A stretch of DNA of 64,000 nt from a virus: positions 8,115 through 72,114 of the IMG/VR virus record IMGVR_UViG_3300020347_000003; one strand, given 5' to 3'. Under the pieces are notes generated by a model, which saw nothing but the letters and a program-made list of their open reading frames with translations, was not told the DNA's origin and ran no database searches. This document shows positions 9,074-17,622 of the stretch, piece after piece. Position 1 is the stretch's first letter. Every line of letters begins with the position of its first letter. Made by a program: the position numbers and the translations under genes.

Positions 9074-9081
9074 TATTTATA
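9074..9081 (-). promoter_or_regulatory. T4-type late promoter TATAAATA
   Basis: Exact octamer 21 nt upstream of the ATG at 9053. Confidence 0.65.
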
Positions 9082-9661
9082 CAAAGTTGTGGTACAAGTC
9101 AGCCCAATTTTCTACCATAGGGATGTCTTCGTTCTTATAGTTCTTGTTTTGTTCATGTTTCATTATTATGGATCGCAGACCTAGGGCAGAACCAACCTCA
9201 GCATTTGCAATCTTATCTTCAACCCATATGCAGCCAGAATCTTTATATTCGGCCAAAGCCTCGTCCTTATCAGCACCGCAATCAAGGATTACATACCGTT
9301 CAAAGACAGATGGCCCAAATAATTCGCATAGGTTTTTGATTCTGAGATGTTGTGCGTATTCGTCGTTAGTCTGACTGGTTATCGCATGAAAGACAAAACC
9401 TTTATCAGAGTGTAGTTTCTTGACGTATTTGATAGCATCTCGTAGGGGTGGGAGTCTACGAACCGTAGCACTCTCGTTGAACATTCGAATGAGTCGTTTC
9501 ATTTCGAATTTATCGATGTCATAAGCATCAGCCATATCGTATATGCCCTCATGCTTCTTTTCGTAATGATGACGCTTCATCCACTGATCAAATGCATATT
9601 CCCAATCAAGTAGAACACCATCACAATCAACTAGAATGACCTTATCAGCTAGACTGGTCAT
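9077..9661 (-). CDS. HAD-family phosphatase / 5'(3')-deoxyribonucleotidase-like (T4 30.2-like)
   Basis: DCDGVLLDW motif I and WVEDK motif IV. Confidence 0.85.
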   Translation of the reverse strand: MTSLADKVILVDCDGVLLDWEYAFDQWMKRHHYEKKHEGIYDMADAYDIDKFEMKRLIRMFNESATVRRLPPLRDAIKYVKKLHSDKGFVFHAITSQTNDEYAQHLRIKNLCELFGPSVFERYVILDCGADKDEALAEYKDSGCIWVEDKIANAEVGSALGLRSIIMKHEQNKNYKNEDIPMVENWADLYHNFV

Positions 9662-9691
9662 ATTTTCCTCACAGATCAATTCAACCCGATA

Positions 9692-9720
9692 ATTATAACA
9701 CGGGCAAAGTGCTTTGTCAA
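9692..9720 (-). promoter_or_regulatory. sigma70-type early promoter
   Basis: TTGACA-17 nt-TATAAT. Confidence 0.8.
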
Positions 9721-9723
9721 CAC

Positions 9724-9888
9724 TTATTTGTCATTAAATTCTTTAAAACCAACTTTATCGTCTCTACGACGACGCCGATCTTTTTTCTTTGACTGATTCT
9801 TACGCTTTTCTTCGAATCGGCTCTCATTCTTTGAACCCCAGTCGTCATCATAAGGATCTTTACGATAATTCTTAAATCGCTTAGCCAT
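9724..9888 (-). CDS. Small basic protein (54 aa)
   Basis: Manual translation MAKRFKNYRKDPYDDDW...KKKDRRRRR. Confidence 0.55.
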   Translation of the reverse strand: MAKRFKNYRKDPYDDDWGSKNESRFEEKRKNQSKKKDRRRRRDDKVGFKEFNDK

Positions 9889-9892
9889 GGTG

Positions 9893-10330
9893 TTATCCTA
9901 TCTTGCTCCTGTAAATATCAGGAAAGGCCTCTACTAGAGTCTTTTCCGTTAATCCCTTAATGGGTTTTTGTGAAATCACATGATTGGCCAAAAGGTCTGC
10001 ATCATTGTTATCAATATCTTCCAGAAGACTAATAAACAAACCTTCACGCTTGATCTGGTTTAGGTTATCATAACCACCACCTTTCACAAAAATTCTGAGT
10101 CGACGGGTCTCCTTATAGAGCATACCCTCAGTGCCCACATGTGCATTCTTTTTCCAAGGTGGTGCTGTACTTGGTAAAAGAAACGACACACTCTCTTTAT
10201 CGTAAGTAAGACGAAGAATGGATCGCAGAGGACCTGTGTCGTTCTTGCGCAACCATTCTATCTTTTCATCTTTCTTTTTGAATTCAGAGACCTTGTCAAG
10301 TATCTCTGAAATCGACAATCTTATAGCCAT
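9893..10330 (-). CDS. Conserved T4-like phage hypothetical protein next to RNase H
   Basis: ISEIL...LPxxxPP...KRExLFIxLLE pattern. Confidence 0.75.
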   Translation of the reverse strand: MAIRLSISEILDKVSEFKKKDEKIEWLRKNDTGPLRSILRLTYDKESVSFLLPSTAPPWKKNAHVGTEGMLYKETRRLRIFVKGGGYDNLNQIKREGLFISLLEDIDNNDADLLANHVISQKPIKGLTEKTLVEAFPDIYRSKIG

Positions 10331-10331
10331 C

Positions 10332-11189
10332 TTAAAAATCCTGTATATCAGTAAGTAGATTTTTCAATTTCTTTTTCATAAAGTAATTGAACAAATGCTC
10401 TCGACCAACTTCTTTTTCCTCATCATAAGCAACAAGAATCTGATCTTTGTACTCTTGCGGAATTTGACTGAGATCGATCATCATACGATTACGTTCGTAG
10501 TTTCTCAATACATCCTCAGGCATATTCTCGCGAGACGAATATTCGTGCAACTTCTTTTTGGTCATTGGTCTTTGTCTTTCACCAACAGCCAAACAATTGT
10601 CTGCACTTAATACATTTGGAACACCATCACCGGCATCGCCTTTAAGTAAGTGTTCACTAAGGTATTTATCAGGATTATCATTTCTTATCCATCGTTTTCG
10701 AACCGGATCGTATTGGTCAACGTTGCCATAACCTTGTAATTGAATGTAATCCTTATCACCCGATAGTACCAAGTATTTTTCGGAACCAGTATTCAGCACG
10801 GTGCCTTCCTTGTGAATGATTGTACCGATGATATCATCAGCCTCACATCGTTCGATGTCAATCACCTTATAGGGAAAGAACTCTCGTAGTTCGTCTTTGA
10901 TTTTGTGCAGACACTCAAACAGCGCATTCCAATCAAGGTCAGAAGTGTCTCGATTCTTTTTACGATTTGCCTTGTAATAAGGATAATAATCTCGACGCCA
11001 GACATTCTTGTTATCTGCGCATATGATGATCTCACCATACTCTGCCGTGAACTTCTTTCGATTCATCCGCAGAGAGTTGAGAAACATATGCCGAATTAGA
11101 TTTTCATCTAGGTCGACGTTGGTGTGGTTACCGATACTAGCGAATAAAGATGCCAGCATCACCTGGTTGTAGTCTACAAGTATTGCCAT
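10332..11189 (-). CDS. rnh: T4-like RNase H (5'-3' exonuclease)
   Basis: LVDYNQ, WRRDYYPYYKANRK, EADDIIG, SGDKDYIQL and GDAGDGVPN motifs. Confidence 0.95.
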   Translation of the reverse strand: MAILVDYNQVMLASLFASIGNHTNVDLDENLIRHMFLNSLRMNRKKFTAEYGEIIICADNKNVWRRDYYPYYKANRKKNRDTSDLDWNALFECLHKIKDELREFFPYKVIDIERCEADDIIGTIIHKEGTVLNTGSEKYLVLSGDKDYIQLQGYGNVDQYDPVRKRWIRNDNPDKYLSEHLLKGDAGDGVPNVLSADNCLAVGERQRPMTKKKLHEYSSRENMPEDVLRNYERNRMMIDLSQIPQEYKDQILVAYDEEKEVGREHLFNYFMKKKLKNLLTDIQDF

Positions 11190-11223
11190 AATTAATTACC
11201 ATTATTTAATCTGAACCACCATT

Positions 11224-11583
11224 TTAATCTATTTCGTCGTCAAAGTCAACCATTTTTTCGTCTATTTCTTCAATGGTGATATGTTCTATCGCGAAAGTCT
11301 GCAATGGGTGTTCAATACCACTGGTCTGCAAGTGTAACGATCTAATTGACTCTAATATCAAAACCATCGATGGATAATAAGAATCCATATCCTTTTCGAA
11401 ATCACACCCAGCCCGGCCGAGTTCATTGATCACATGCTGCCAAAGAATGTCTGCAACATCGGATGCATAACTTTCCTTATACATCCGAAGGTGCTCTTGT
11501 ACCTCTTCCATTGACTGGGGTGGAGTATCGATTTTGATGTTCGGAAACTCAATTATATTGTTGTCATTAGACATTCGATTCAT
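11224..11583 (-). CDS. Hypothetical protein
   Basis: NNIIEFP N-terminal motif. Confidence 0.65.
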   Translation of the reverse strand: MNRMSNDNNIIEFPNIKIDTPPQSMEEVQEHLRMYKESYASDVADILWQHVINELGRAGCDFEKDMDSYYPSMVLILESIRSLHLQTSGIEHPLQTFAIEHITIEEIDEKMVDFDDEID

Positions 11584-12535
11584 ACTCAGCGATTACGTTT
11601 GCCAGTGTTGCATCCCAGATGGTCTTGAATGAGCCGATACTGTTACGAGCAAGATTGAACCTATCTGAATAGGTAAACTTAGTAAAGTATTGATCATCGG
11701 CATTGATTACCTGAACCAATTGCTTTGCCACTGAGAAAGCATAATTAGCATGTTCATTGTTATTTTCTCTGAAGTCATACGTAATCGTAGCGTTTGCACA
11801 GGTCTCAGGCAATGCACCAAAATTTGGGTGAATGCAAATTACCTGGCTCTTGATAGCCTCAATGAGAGCGATGCACGACGTTTCCTTCCAAATATTGGGG
11901 TATAAGAAAACATGAGCCTTATCAAGTGCCTCGAGCACTGTAGCGTTATCCACTGCACCGTGATAGGTCATCTGTGGGTGTGACTCAATCTTCTCAAACA
12001 GATCCTTATAAGGCTCGTCACGAGATTCCCAGCCGTAAATACCAAATGATGAATACACATCCAAATGTATATTACTGAACTCTTTGGCGAGTGCTTCGAA
12101 CACAGGCACAAGAAGCTCAAGGCCTCGGTGAGGAGTCGTGTGATAAATGAATCTTACAGTTTCCAAATCCTTTTCTTTTGGCGAATACTCTTTCTCTACT
12201 GCATTGTGAATCACGATACAGCGTGAATAAGGAATGCCATAACGCAAGATATATTGGTCTCGTTGCCACGCTGATACGAAGACGAGTCGGTCAAATTTCT
12301 GCCAACCACCATCTACCAGTACTCGGTTTTCTGGGTCTTCTGCAAGATCATGACACCACAAGATATTAGGAACATCATCGTACATCTCGCGGGTTCGTGA
12401 AAGGTGAACAGCGACCTTACCCAACAAATCGGGGTTGGCATTATTGACAAGGCGTTGCCTCATCATTTCGGTACCACCATTTGAATTTTTAGAAAGCTCG
12501 GTATTGATCACCTCACCTTTATAAACCACGCTCAT
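11567..12535 (-). CDS. Glycosyltransferase, GT4-like
   Basis: GGTE, YHTTPHRGL and ETSCIALIEA (Ex7E) motifs. Confidence 0.85.
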   Translation of the reverse strand: MSVVYKGEVINTELSKNSNGGTEMMRQRLVNNANPDLLGKVAVHLSRTREMYDDVPNILWCHDLAEDPENRVLVDGGWQKFDRLVFVSAWQRDQYILRYGIPYSRCIVIHNAVEKEYSPKEKDLETVRFIYHTTPHRGLELLVPVFEALAKEFSNIHLDVYSSFGIYGWESRDEPYKDLFEKIESHPQMTYHGAVDNATVLEALDKAHVFLYPNIWKETSCIALIEAIKSQVICIHPNFGALPETCANATITYDFRENNNEHANYAFSVAKQLVQVINADDQYFTKFTYSDRFNLARNSIGSFKTIWDATLANVIAEYESNV

Positions 12536-12538
12536 ATT

Positions 12539-12793
12539 TTACTCCACAATTGTAATCGAATTTACATTTTCGACCCGAAAAGAACGCCAACCATTAGCCT
12601 CTAAATCCCAGGCAGCCACGACGGCTTCATTGACCGGCTTGGGTGAGAATTCACCATCCGATGTCACTGGGGTTTCAGGTATTTGGTCTGCGACTAGGGT
12701 ACACTTCATTAATCGATTCTCACCATTTACTTTGGTGAAATCAACAATGCATACATTTTCCGACAGGGTTGTTTTCAATTTATCATAAGTCAT
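12539..12793 (-). CDS. WYL/SH3-like protein (DUF2693-like)
   Basis: FTKVNGENRLMKCTL ... WDLEANGWRSFR. Confidence 0.8.
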   Translation of the reverse strand: MTYDKLKTTLSENVCIVDFTKVNGENRLMKCTLVADQIPETPVTSDGEFSPKPVNEAVVAAWDLEANGWRSFRVENVNSITIVE

Positions 12794-13476
12794 AATGCTA
12801 TTTTTTCTCCACGTATAGGATGATCAAATTGGACCTGCGCAAGCCTTTCTATGCATCTCAACCGATATTCAATACTGATTAACGATTGGAAGAAATCATG
12901 TATCGTACCATTATTATGTATACGATATGTCAAAAGCTTTGCAGGCATATCTAACACGAAATCATTTTCGATTTCGGTTTCATAATTGATGACAATTTCA
13001 CTAGACTCACCAGCAAACTTACCATCAAAATATCTACGAGAATCACCTCTAAAATCACAGCCCTGGCGAGTCAATTGTACGATCGCCACATTCTCTGCAC
13101 CTACCTTATCAATGATTGGCTCTAATTCTTCAACGAACCCTCCATCACTGATTACGTAGTTTTTATTCAAGTCTATTTCTTCGGCAACCTGTTGACCAAA
13201 GTAGTCGTTGCCTTTATTTGGTTTAATAACGGATTCTGAGGTATAAATCATTGCAGTGCGACGAGAATGATTCTTAAGAGCCGGTTCTTTGGTTTCTTTT
13301 TTAGAACGATTATTGTAGCCGTCCATAAACCAAGATTCTTTCACACCAAAATACTTGATCGTCTCTCTGAACAATTGCTTTTTAAAGCTTAGGTGTTCGA
13401 AGTTAAATTGATTGCAGAAGAAGGCTGCAGCCTCGTCTTTACCAGTGCCGGGTGGTCCATTAAAGATCAGTATCAT
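12790..13476 (-). CDS. Deoxynucleoside monophosphate kinase (gp1-like)
   Basis: NGPPGTGKD P-loop and VISDGGF. Confidence 0.75.
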   Translation of the reverse strand: MILIFNGPPGTGKDEAAAFFCNQFNFEHLSFKKQLFRETIKYFGVKESWFMDGYNNRSKKETKEPALKNHSRRTAMIYTSESVIKPNKGNDYFGQQVAEEIDLNKNYVISDGGFVEELEPIIDKVGAENVAIVQLTRQGCDFRGDSRRYFDGKFAGESSEIVINYETEIENDFVLDMPAKLLTYRIHNNGTIHDFFQSLISIEYRLRCIERLAQVQFDHPIRGEKIAL

Positions 13477-14023
13477 TATGTTTGTTTTCCTCAAAAAATC
13501 CAAATTTTGCTATGTAATAGGCATCAATGATATCACTGATGGGGTTCCAATTCTTAGGGGACATTATATCAAGTCTAGCTCGAATGTCAACCCCTGTTTC
13601 AGCAATAAATGCATCATACATCATTTCTTTACTGGCGTTGCCCTTACCAGTAGCAAATTTCTTAATTACAGTAGGGGCAGGAACCTCAAATGGAATACCA
13701 CACAACCATAATCGCTGTTTTAGATAACCACCATTCTCGGCTATATTAAATACACGCCCAACAGCGCCAAATGCGTATCCCTCAATATAAGCATGCGTAA
13801 CGTCTCCGTAGAAGCAGATGTCAAGGGACCAGGCTGAGAGATTTTCGTATCGTTGTTGGTCACTGTGCCACTCGGGGTAGTCATATCCAATGAATTCTTG
13901 TCCGTCGAGCTGTTTCTTTTTTCTGAAAAAATGGAATCTACAGTTTTCATATTTCCATTCAGCTCCGGTATGTACACAAATTGCAGGACTAGTTAAACTG
14001 TAGTCCACTCCAGCTATCACCAT
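13460..14023 (-). CDS. RuvC-like (RNase H fold) nuclease/resolvase
   Basis: GVDYS, IEGY, KFATGKGNASK and DIIDAY acidic motifs. Confidence 0.8.
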   Translation of the reverse strand: MVIAGVDYSLTSPAICVHTGAEWKYENCRFHFFRKKKQLDGQEFIGYDYPEWHSDQQRYENLSAWSLDICFYGDVTHAYIEGYAFGAVGRVFNIAENGGYLKQRLWLCGIPFEVPAPTVIKKFATGKGNASKEMMYDAFIAETGVDIRARLDIMSPKNWNPISDIIDAYYIAKFGFFEENKHNDTDL

Positions 14024-14063
14024 AACACTTCTCCATAATCAATAATCATATGGTGATATTTAT

Positions 14064-14588
14064 TCAATCTGCTCTATAGAAAATATGCGAACCAATTCGC
14101 CCAGTAGAATGAAATGATTTTCTCCAAGATGGCTCCACATAGGTGGCATGATAATGTGTAGCCCCTTCGGTAATACCTCTAAACAATTCCTGCTGCAACA
14201 TTTGACTGGCAATCAGACGAGACTGGTACCAAGAATCCATGTCGGTGGGTGTGTCTTTCTTACCATCACAATACCAACTGAATTGACACTTATTGCGAAC
14301 AGGGACCTCTTTGCCTCGTTCTTCAAGATGCCATTTGCTCAATACGGCTTGGTGTACCACATCACATACGGTGTCAGGATACCGAGAACTTTCTACACGA
14401 TTCATCACAACGTCTGACACAGCGTACATTCCAGCCAGATTCTCGCTTCTTGCTTCGTGGTAGATATTCATTGCAAGACAATATTCGGCTTCTGGAATCG
14501 CTGGAAAGATAATAAAGGGTTGTTCTCCTTCATTTGCCAGTGCAAACATGGCTGACACGCTGACTAATAGAGTGATCAAATATTTCAT
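14064..14588 (-). CDS. Cell wall hydrolase (SleB/Hydrolase_2) with signal peptide
   Basis: CLAMNIYHEAR, VMNRV, CQFSWYCDG, GATHYH and HIFY. Confidence 0.9.
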   Translation of the reverse strand: MKYLITLLVSVSAMFALANEGEQPFIIFPAIPEAEYCLAMNIYHEARSENLAGMYAVSDVVMNRVESSRYPDTVCDVVHQAVLSKWHLEERGKEVPVRNKCQFSWYCDGKKDTPTDMDSWYQSRLIASQMLQQELFRGITEGATHYHATYVEPSWRKSFHSTGRIGSHIFYRAD

Positions 14589-14589
14589 A

Positions 14590-15483
14590 TTAAATAGGCC
14601 TTCGTTTTAGTACAGTAGTTAAACCTTGGCGTTTCTGGTCTTTCTCAGTTTCTGGTGCATGATCCCAGTCAATGGGTTGTTCATCTTCTACATCCATTCG
14701 CATAATCTGTTCTTCATCAACCAATGGATTCATTGTTTCGCGATCTCTTTTAAACATACCAACAGAAACAACGAGTAACATTATGGCAAGAGGATCGAAT
14801 ACGACAACAAGCATTATAATGATACCACGTACAGCAGTATCAAACATGTCTTTGGCATCCTCACCATAAACTAGTTCCGCAATGTATTTGAGAGGCCCAA
14901 CCTCTGCCTCAAGAGCGAAGGATTGTTTCTGTAGAGGGATGAGCTCATCTTGGATCTCTTCGATAGTTGTGTACGCAGTGTCGATCTGAGTGTTGAGAGC
15001 TCTCCTTTCCTCTGCCTGCCCTTCACGAACTGCAAGCGAACCCGAGGGCCCTCTGATCCTATCGTACTCAATGAGGGTCTGTACGGCACCATCGAGCTGA
15101 GACAATACAGTTTCTGCATCTTTAATAATAATCTGTTGACGATTAATCCTGCGTTCAAAGTTTTGTATTTGAAGCTCATTATTACCTCCCTGCAGAATAG
15201 TTTGATCAACGTGAGCCTTTGAAAGATAGCCAAAAATGCCCATGCTTGTGATAAACATGAGTACCAGAATTGATGTCATAAAATATGTTTTAACTAGAAA
15301 TGTAACTCGATCCCACTCATGGTGTAGCCATGCTGCTGATACAAGTTTACCAACTTCTAAAATACCAGCCATGACAACGACTGATAAAAAGGCTCCAGAA
15401 AAAATGGTAGCCAAACCTACAATTGAGAAGTAGGCTGCCACCGATGCGATTGCGATTGACGTTGTAAGTGTTAAGTACTTCAA
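14590..15483 (-). CDS. Membrane protein with coiled-coil
   Basis: Three N-terminal TMs, coiled-coil, C-terminal TM (VFDPLA). Confidence 0.75.
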   Translation of the reverse strand: MKYLTLTTSIAIASVAAYFSIVGLATIFSGAFLSVVVMAGILEVGKLVSAAWLHHEWDRVTFLVKTYFMTSILVLMFITSMGIFGYLSKAHVDQTILQGGNNELQIQNFERRINRQQIIIKDAETVLSQLDGAVQTLIEYDRIRGPSGSLAVREGQAEERRALNTQIDTAYTTIEEIQDELIPLQKQSFALEAEVGPLKYIAELVYGEDAKDMFDTAVRGIIIMLVVVFDPLAIMLLVVSVGMFKRDRETMNPLVDEEQIMRMDVEDEQPIDWDHAPETEKDQKRQGLTTVLKRRPI

Positions 15484-15500
15484 ATGAAGATCCTTTAATC

Positions 15501-15950
15501 TTAACGACCCATCCTAGATATTTCGGTTGCCTGTTCTTTATTAATAATGGGCACAGCATTGGATTTGTGCATAGTGCTGATTCCTTTTACTAAGGTACCC
15601 GTATATCTTTGGGGTTCTTTTCTGGGCGTTGGGTTTGTTCCTCTTTGACCTGAAGACGCATTAGGTCGTTTCTTCGTAGGGCTTGCCGATGGGTAATTTG
15701 GCGTTGGGCGCGTATACGGCTCATGTTGCGTCTCATAAGGTTTAAATTCCTTTTTAATTTTTACATTTCCGTAGACATAATCTATATATTCAGCGAAGGT
15801 TCTTTGGTCGCGATGCATATGATTCTGGCGTAGACGTTTATTGTCCTTAAGCCACTCTTTTTCGAGTTCGTTAAGTTTGGCCTTGGTGATTTTAGGTTTG
15901 GGCTTCTTCGTGTTCAGTGACGAATAGCCCTTCAATAGATGCATTGTCAT
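15501..15950 (-). CDS. Conserved basic phage hypothetical protein
   Basis: YTGTLVKGISTMHKSNAVP motif. Confidence 0.75.
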   Translation of the reverse strand: MTMHLLKGYSSLNTKKPKPKITKAKLNELEKEWLKDNKRLRQNHMHRDQRTFAEYIDYVYGNVKIKKEFKPYETQHEPYTRPTPNYPSASPTKKRPNASSGQRGTNPTPRKEPQRYTGTLVKGISTMHKSNAVPIINKEQATEISRMGR

Positions 15951-15965
15951 AATAAATTACCTAAG

Positions 15966-16049
15966 TGGTGGAGAGGGGTGGATTCGAACCACCGAAGCTT
16001 TCGCGTCAGATTTACAGTCTGATGGGTTTAACCACTCCCCAACCTCTCC
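15966..16049 (-). tRNA. tRNA-Tyr (GTA)
   Basis: GGAGAGG acceptor stem, TCAGA-CTGTAAA-TCTGA anticodon arm, long variable arm, GGTTCGAATCC T-arm, encoded CCA. Confidence 0.95.
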
Positions 16050-16053
16050 AAAA

Positions 16054-16116
16054 AGAACCCCAGCGCAGTGATGCCTCCTCATCCGTCGATGGGCCGGTCA
16101 ACAGTGATAGGGTTCT
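16054..16116 (-). ncRNA. Putative structured RNA element upstream of tRNA-Tyr
   Basis: AGAACCCUA/UGGGGUUCU closing stem enclosing a CAUC-GACG-GAUG hairpin. Confidence 0.3.
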
Positions 16117-16288
16117 AAAACATAGAAATCCTCTTTTCTAAAATTTCGATCTCGGCGTCCTTGCGGGCCTGCCACTTCTCTTGTGTACGGGCAACACCTT
16201 TTGCGTTGACCTTTTCAAAGAATTTAGACTCTTTGAGTCTGGCCAATGCACCTTCACGGCGCGTACGAATTACAAATCTACCTCTCAT
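16115..16288 (-). CDS. Small basic protein (57 aa)
   Basis: Manual translation MRGRFVIRTRREGALARL...; AGGAG SD. Confidence 0.6.
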   Translation of the reverse strand: MRGRFVIRTRREGALARLKESKFFEKVNAKGVARTQEKWQARKDAEIEILEKRISMF

Positions 16289-16476
16289 AACTTCTCCTTT
16301 GTTAAGGTGTCTCTGATCTCAATAATCGTATTTTTCAATATGTCATGATGTACACGATCTTCGTCTATGATAACGATTCTATCACTAGCAGGATTGTTGA
16401 AAGCGGCTAGCATACTACCGACAACCTCGTAGACTACTTCTTTCTTTTTCCAGTGGTGATAAGTTACATGAACCAT
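16285..16476 (-). CDS. Hypothetical protein
   Basis: 63-aa ORF resembling 60036..60218 in pattern. Confidence 0.6.
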   Translation of the reverse strand: MVHVTYHHWKKKEVVYEVVGSMLAAFNNPASDRIVIIDEDRVHHDILKNTIIEIRDTLTKEKL

Positions 16477-16494
16477 ATTGGTACCTTAAATTAG

Positions 16495-16560
16495 AGAGAG
16501 AGCCGAGTCTTATTTGGCCGTTTTCGGGGTATATGGCAGGCTCACCACTCGGCATCTCTC
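16495..16560 (-). ncRNA. Putative structured leader or small RNA
   Basis: GAGAGA-U-GCCGAGU pairs with ACUCGGC-UCUCUC; internal CCG-AAAA-CGG hairpin; directly downstream of a promoter. Confidence 0.4.
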
Positions 16561-16587
16561 GCCCCCTTGTTCGCAAATTAGAATGTA

Positions 16588-16616
16588 ATTATAACATGAC
16601 TAGTTCAAATTGTCAA
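16588..16616 (-). promoter_or_regulatory. sigma70-type early promoter
   Basis: TTGACA-17 nt-TATAAT. Confidence 0.8.
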
Positions 16617-16623
16617 CAACTAT

Positions 16624-17064
16624 TTAAAGAAATTCTGCTTCGACACCCGATTCAACAAACAGATTAAGTGACTTGGAGAAAGCAGCAACCCATTTTTCTG
16701 GTATGTCAGTCTCAGTAGACATCACGACCCTTTTAATACCAACTTGAATGATGCCTCTTGCACAATCATTACAGACAGGTAATCCCCAAACATATATCGT
16801 AGAATCCCTCAATGGAGTTCCGTTATATGTTGCATTATATATTGCATTCATTTCCGCATGAATGACATGATCGTACTTAGTTGGCTTATCAGCGTATCGT
16901 TCGGGTGAATCCTCAATACCTTTAGGAAACCCGTTGTAACCAGTAGCGAGGATTCTGCGATCGTCGTTAACAATTACTGCTCCAATTTTTGTACTTGGAT
17001 CCTTAGACCAGGTAGAGATCTCTCGAGCAAGGCTCACAAATCTCTTGTCCCACTTAGTAGACAT
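16624..17064 (-). CDS. cd: dCMP deaminase
   Basis: SKDPSTKIGA, GYNG, HAEMNA and PVCNDC zinc motifs. Confidence 0.92.
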   Translation of the reverse strand: MSTKWDKRFVSLAREISTWSKDPSTKIGAVIVNDDRRILATGYNGFPKGIEDSPERYADKPTKYDHVIHAEMNAIYNATYNGTPLRDSTIYVWGLPVCNDCARGIIQVGIKRVVMSTETDIPEKWVAAFSKSLNLFVESGVEAEFL

Positions 17065-17326
17065 AATCTTTTTTACCCTTAATTTGCCACTTCTCGGTGA
17101 CTGGGTTACCGTGTTCATCTTCGTCGACGACAATGTAAGCCACAGTCTTTTTTACCAGAGCATATCTCCAGCCAGTCATACCACAAACGCCCTTACCACC
17201 GACCCAAACCTTGTGTGGGTAATCATTGAATTGTGACTCTTCGTTTTTAGAGAATTCAAACATATTACCAACATCTTTCTCAGTGAAAACGCCGATTGGG
17301 TCCTTGGTGTAAGTGTAATATCCCAT
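17054..17326 (-). CDS. Hypothetical protein
   Basis: RYALVKKTVAYIVVDEDE motif. Confidence 0.7.
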   Translation of the reverse strand: MGYYTYTKDPIGVFTEKDVGNMFEFSKNEESQFNDYPHKVWVGGKGVCGMTGWRYALVKKTVAYIVVDEDEHGNPVTEKWQIKGKKDYVY

Positions 17327-17327
17327 A

Positions 17328-17513
17328 TTAAGAAACCTTTAAGAAACAGTGAGCTGCATTAGAAAAGAAAGAACCAACTTCATCAAAACCATACAAGACA
17401 GCACCATCTAAGGGATCAGTACCCTTGGGGTATTCGACCAGATCAAATCCAGCAGGGATGGAACCACGGAAAGTGTTCATGTTGATTTCAATAATTTCAG
17501 TATTCATATTCAA
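17328..17513 (-). CDS. Hypothetical protein
   Basis: First ORF after an early promoter. Confidence 0.55.
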   Translation of the reverse strand: MNMNTEIIEINMNTFRGSIPAGFDLVEYPKGTDPLDGAVLYGFDEVGSFFSNAAHCFLKVS

Positions 17514-17537
17514 TTCCTTATCTCAATTTATGTGTAT

Positions 17538-17566
17538 ATTATAGGCTACTTTACGCCTGCTGTCAA
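17538..17566 (-). promoter_or_regulatory. sigma70-type early promoter
   Basis: TTGACA-17 nt-TATAAT. Confidence 0.85.
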
Positions 17567-17622
17567 CACTTTTTTTGAAAATAAATCAAATTTTTTAGAA
17601 TATTTTGGAATAAGGACCGAAC

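Noticed and set aside
16495-16560. Possible third tRNA (Ser/Leu-like 5' end)
   Set aside because: No TTC T-loop, anticodon arm or CCA; kept only as a candidate structured RNA
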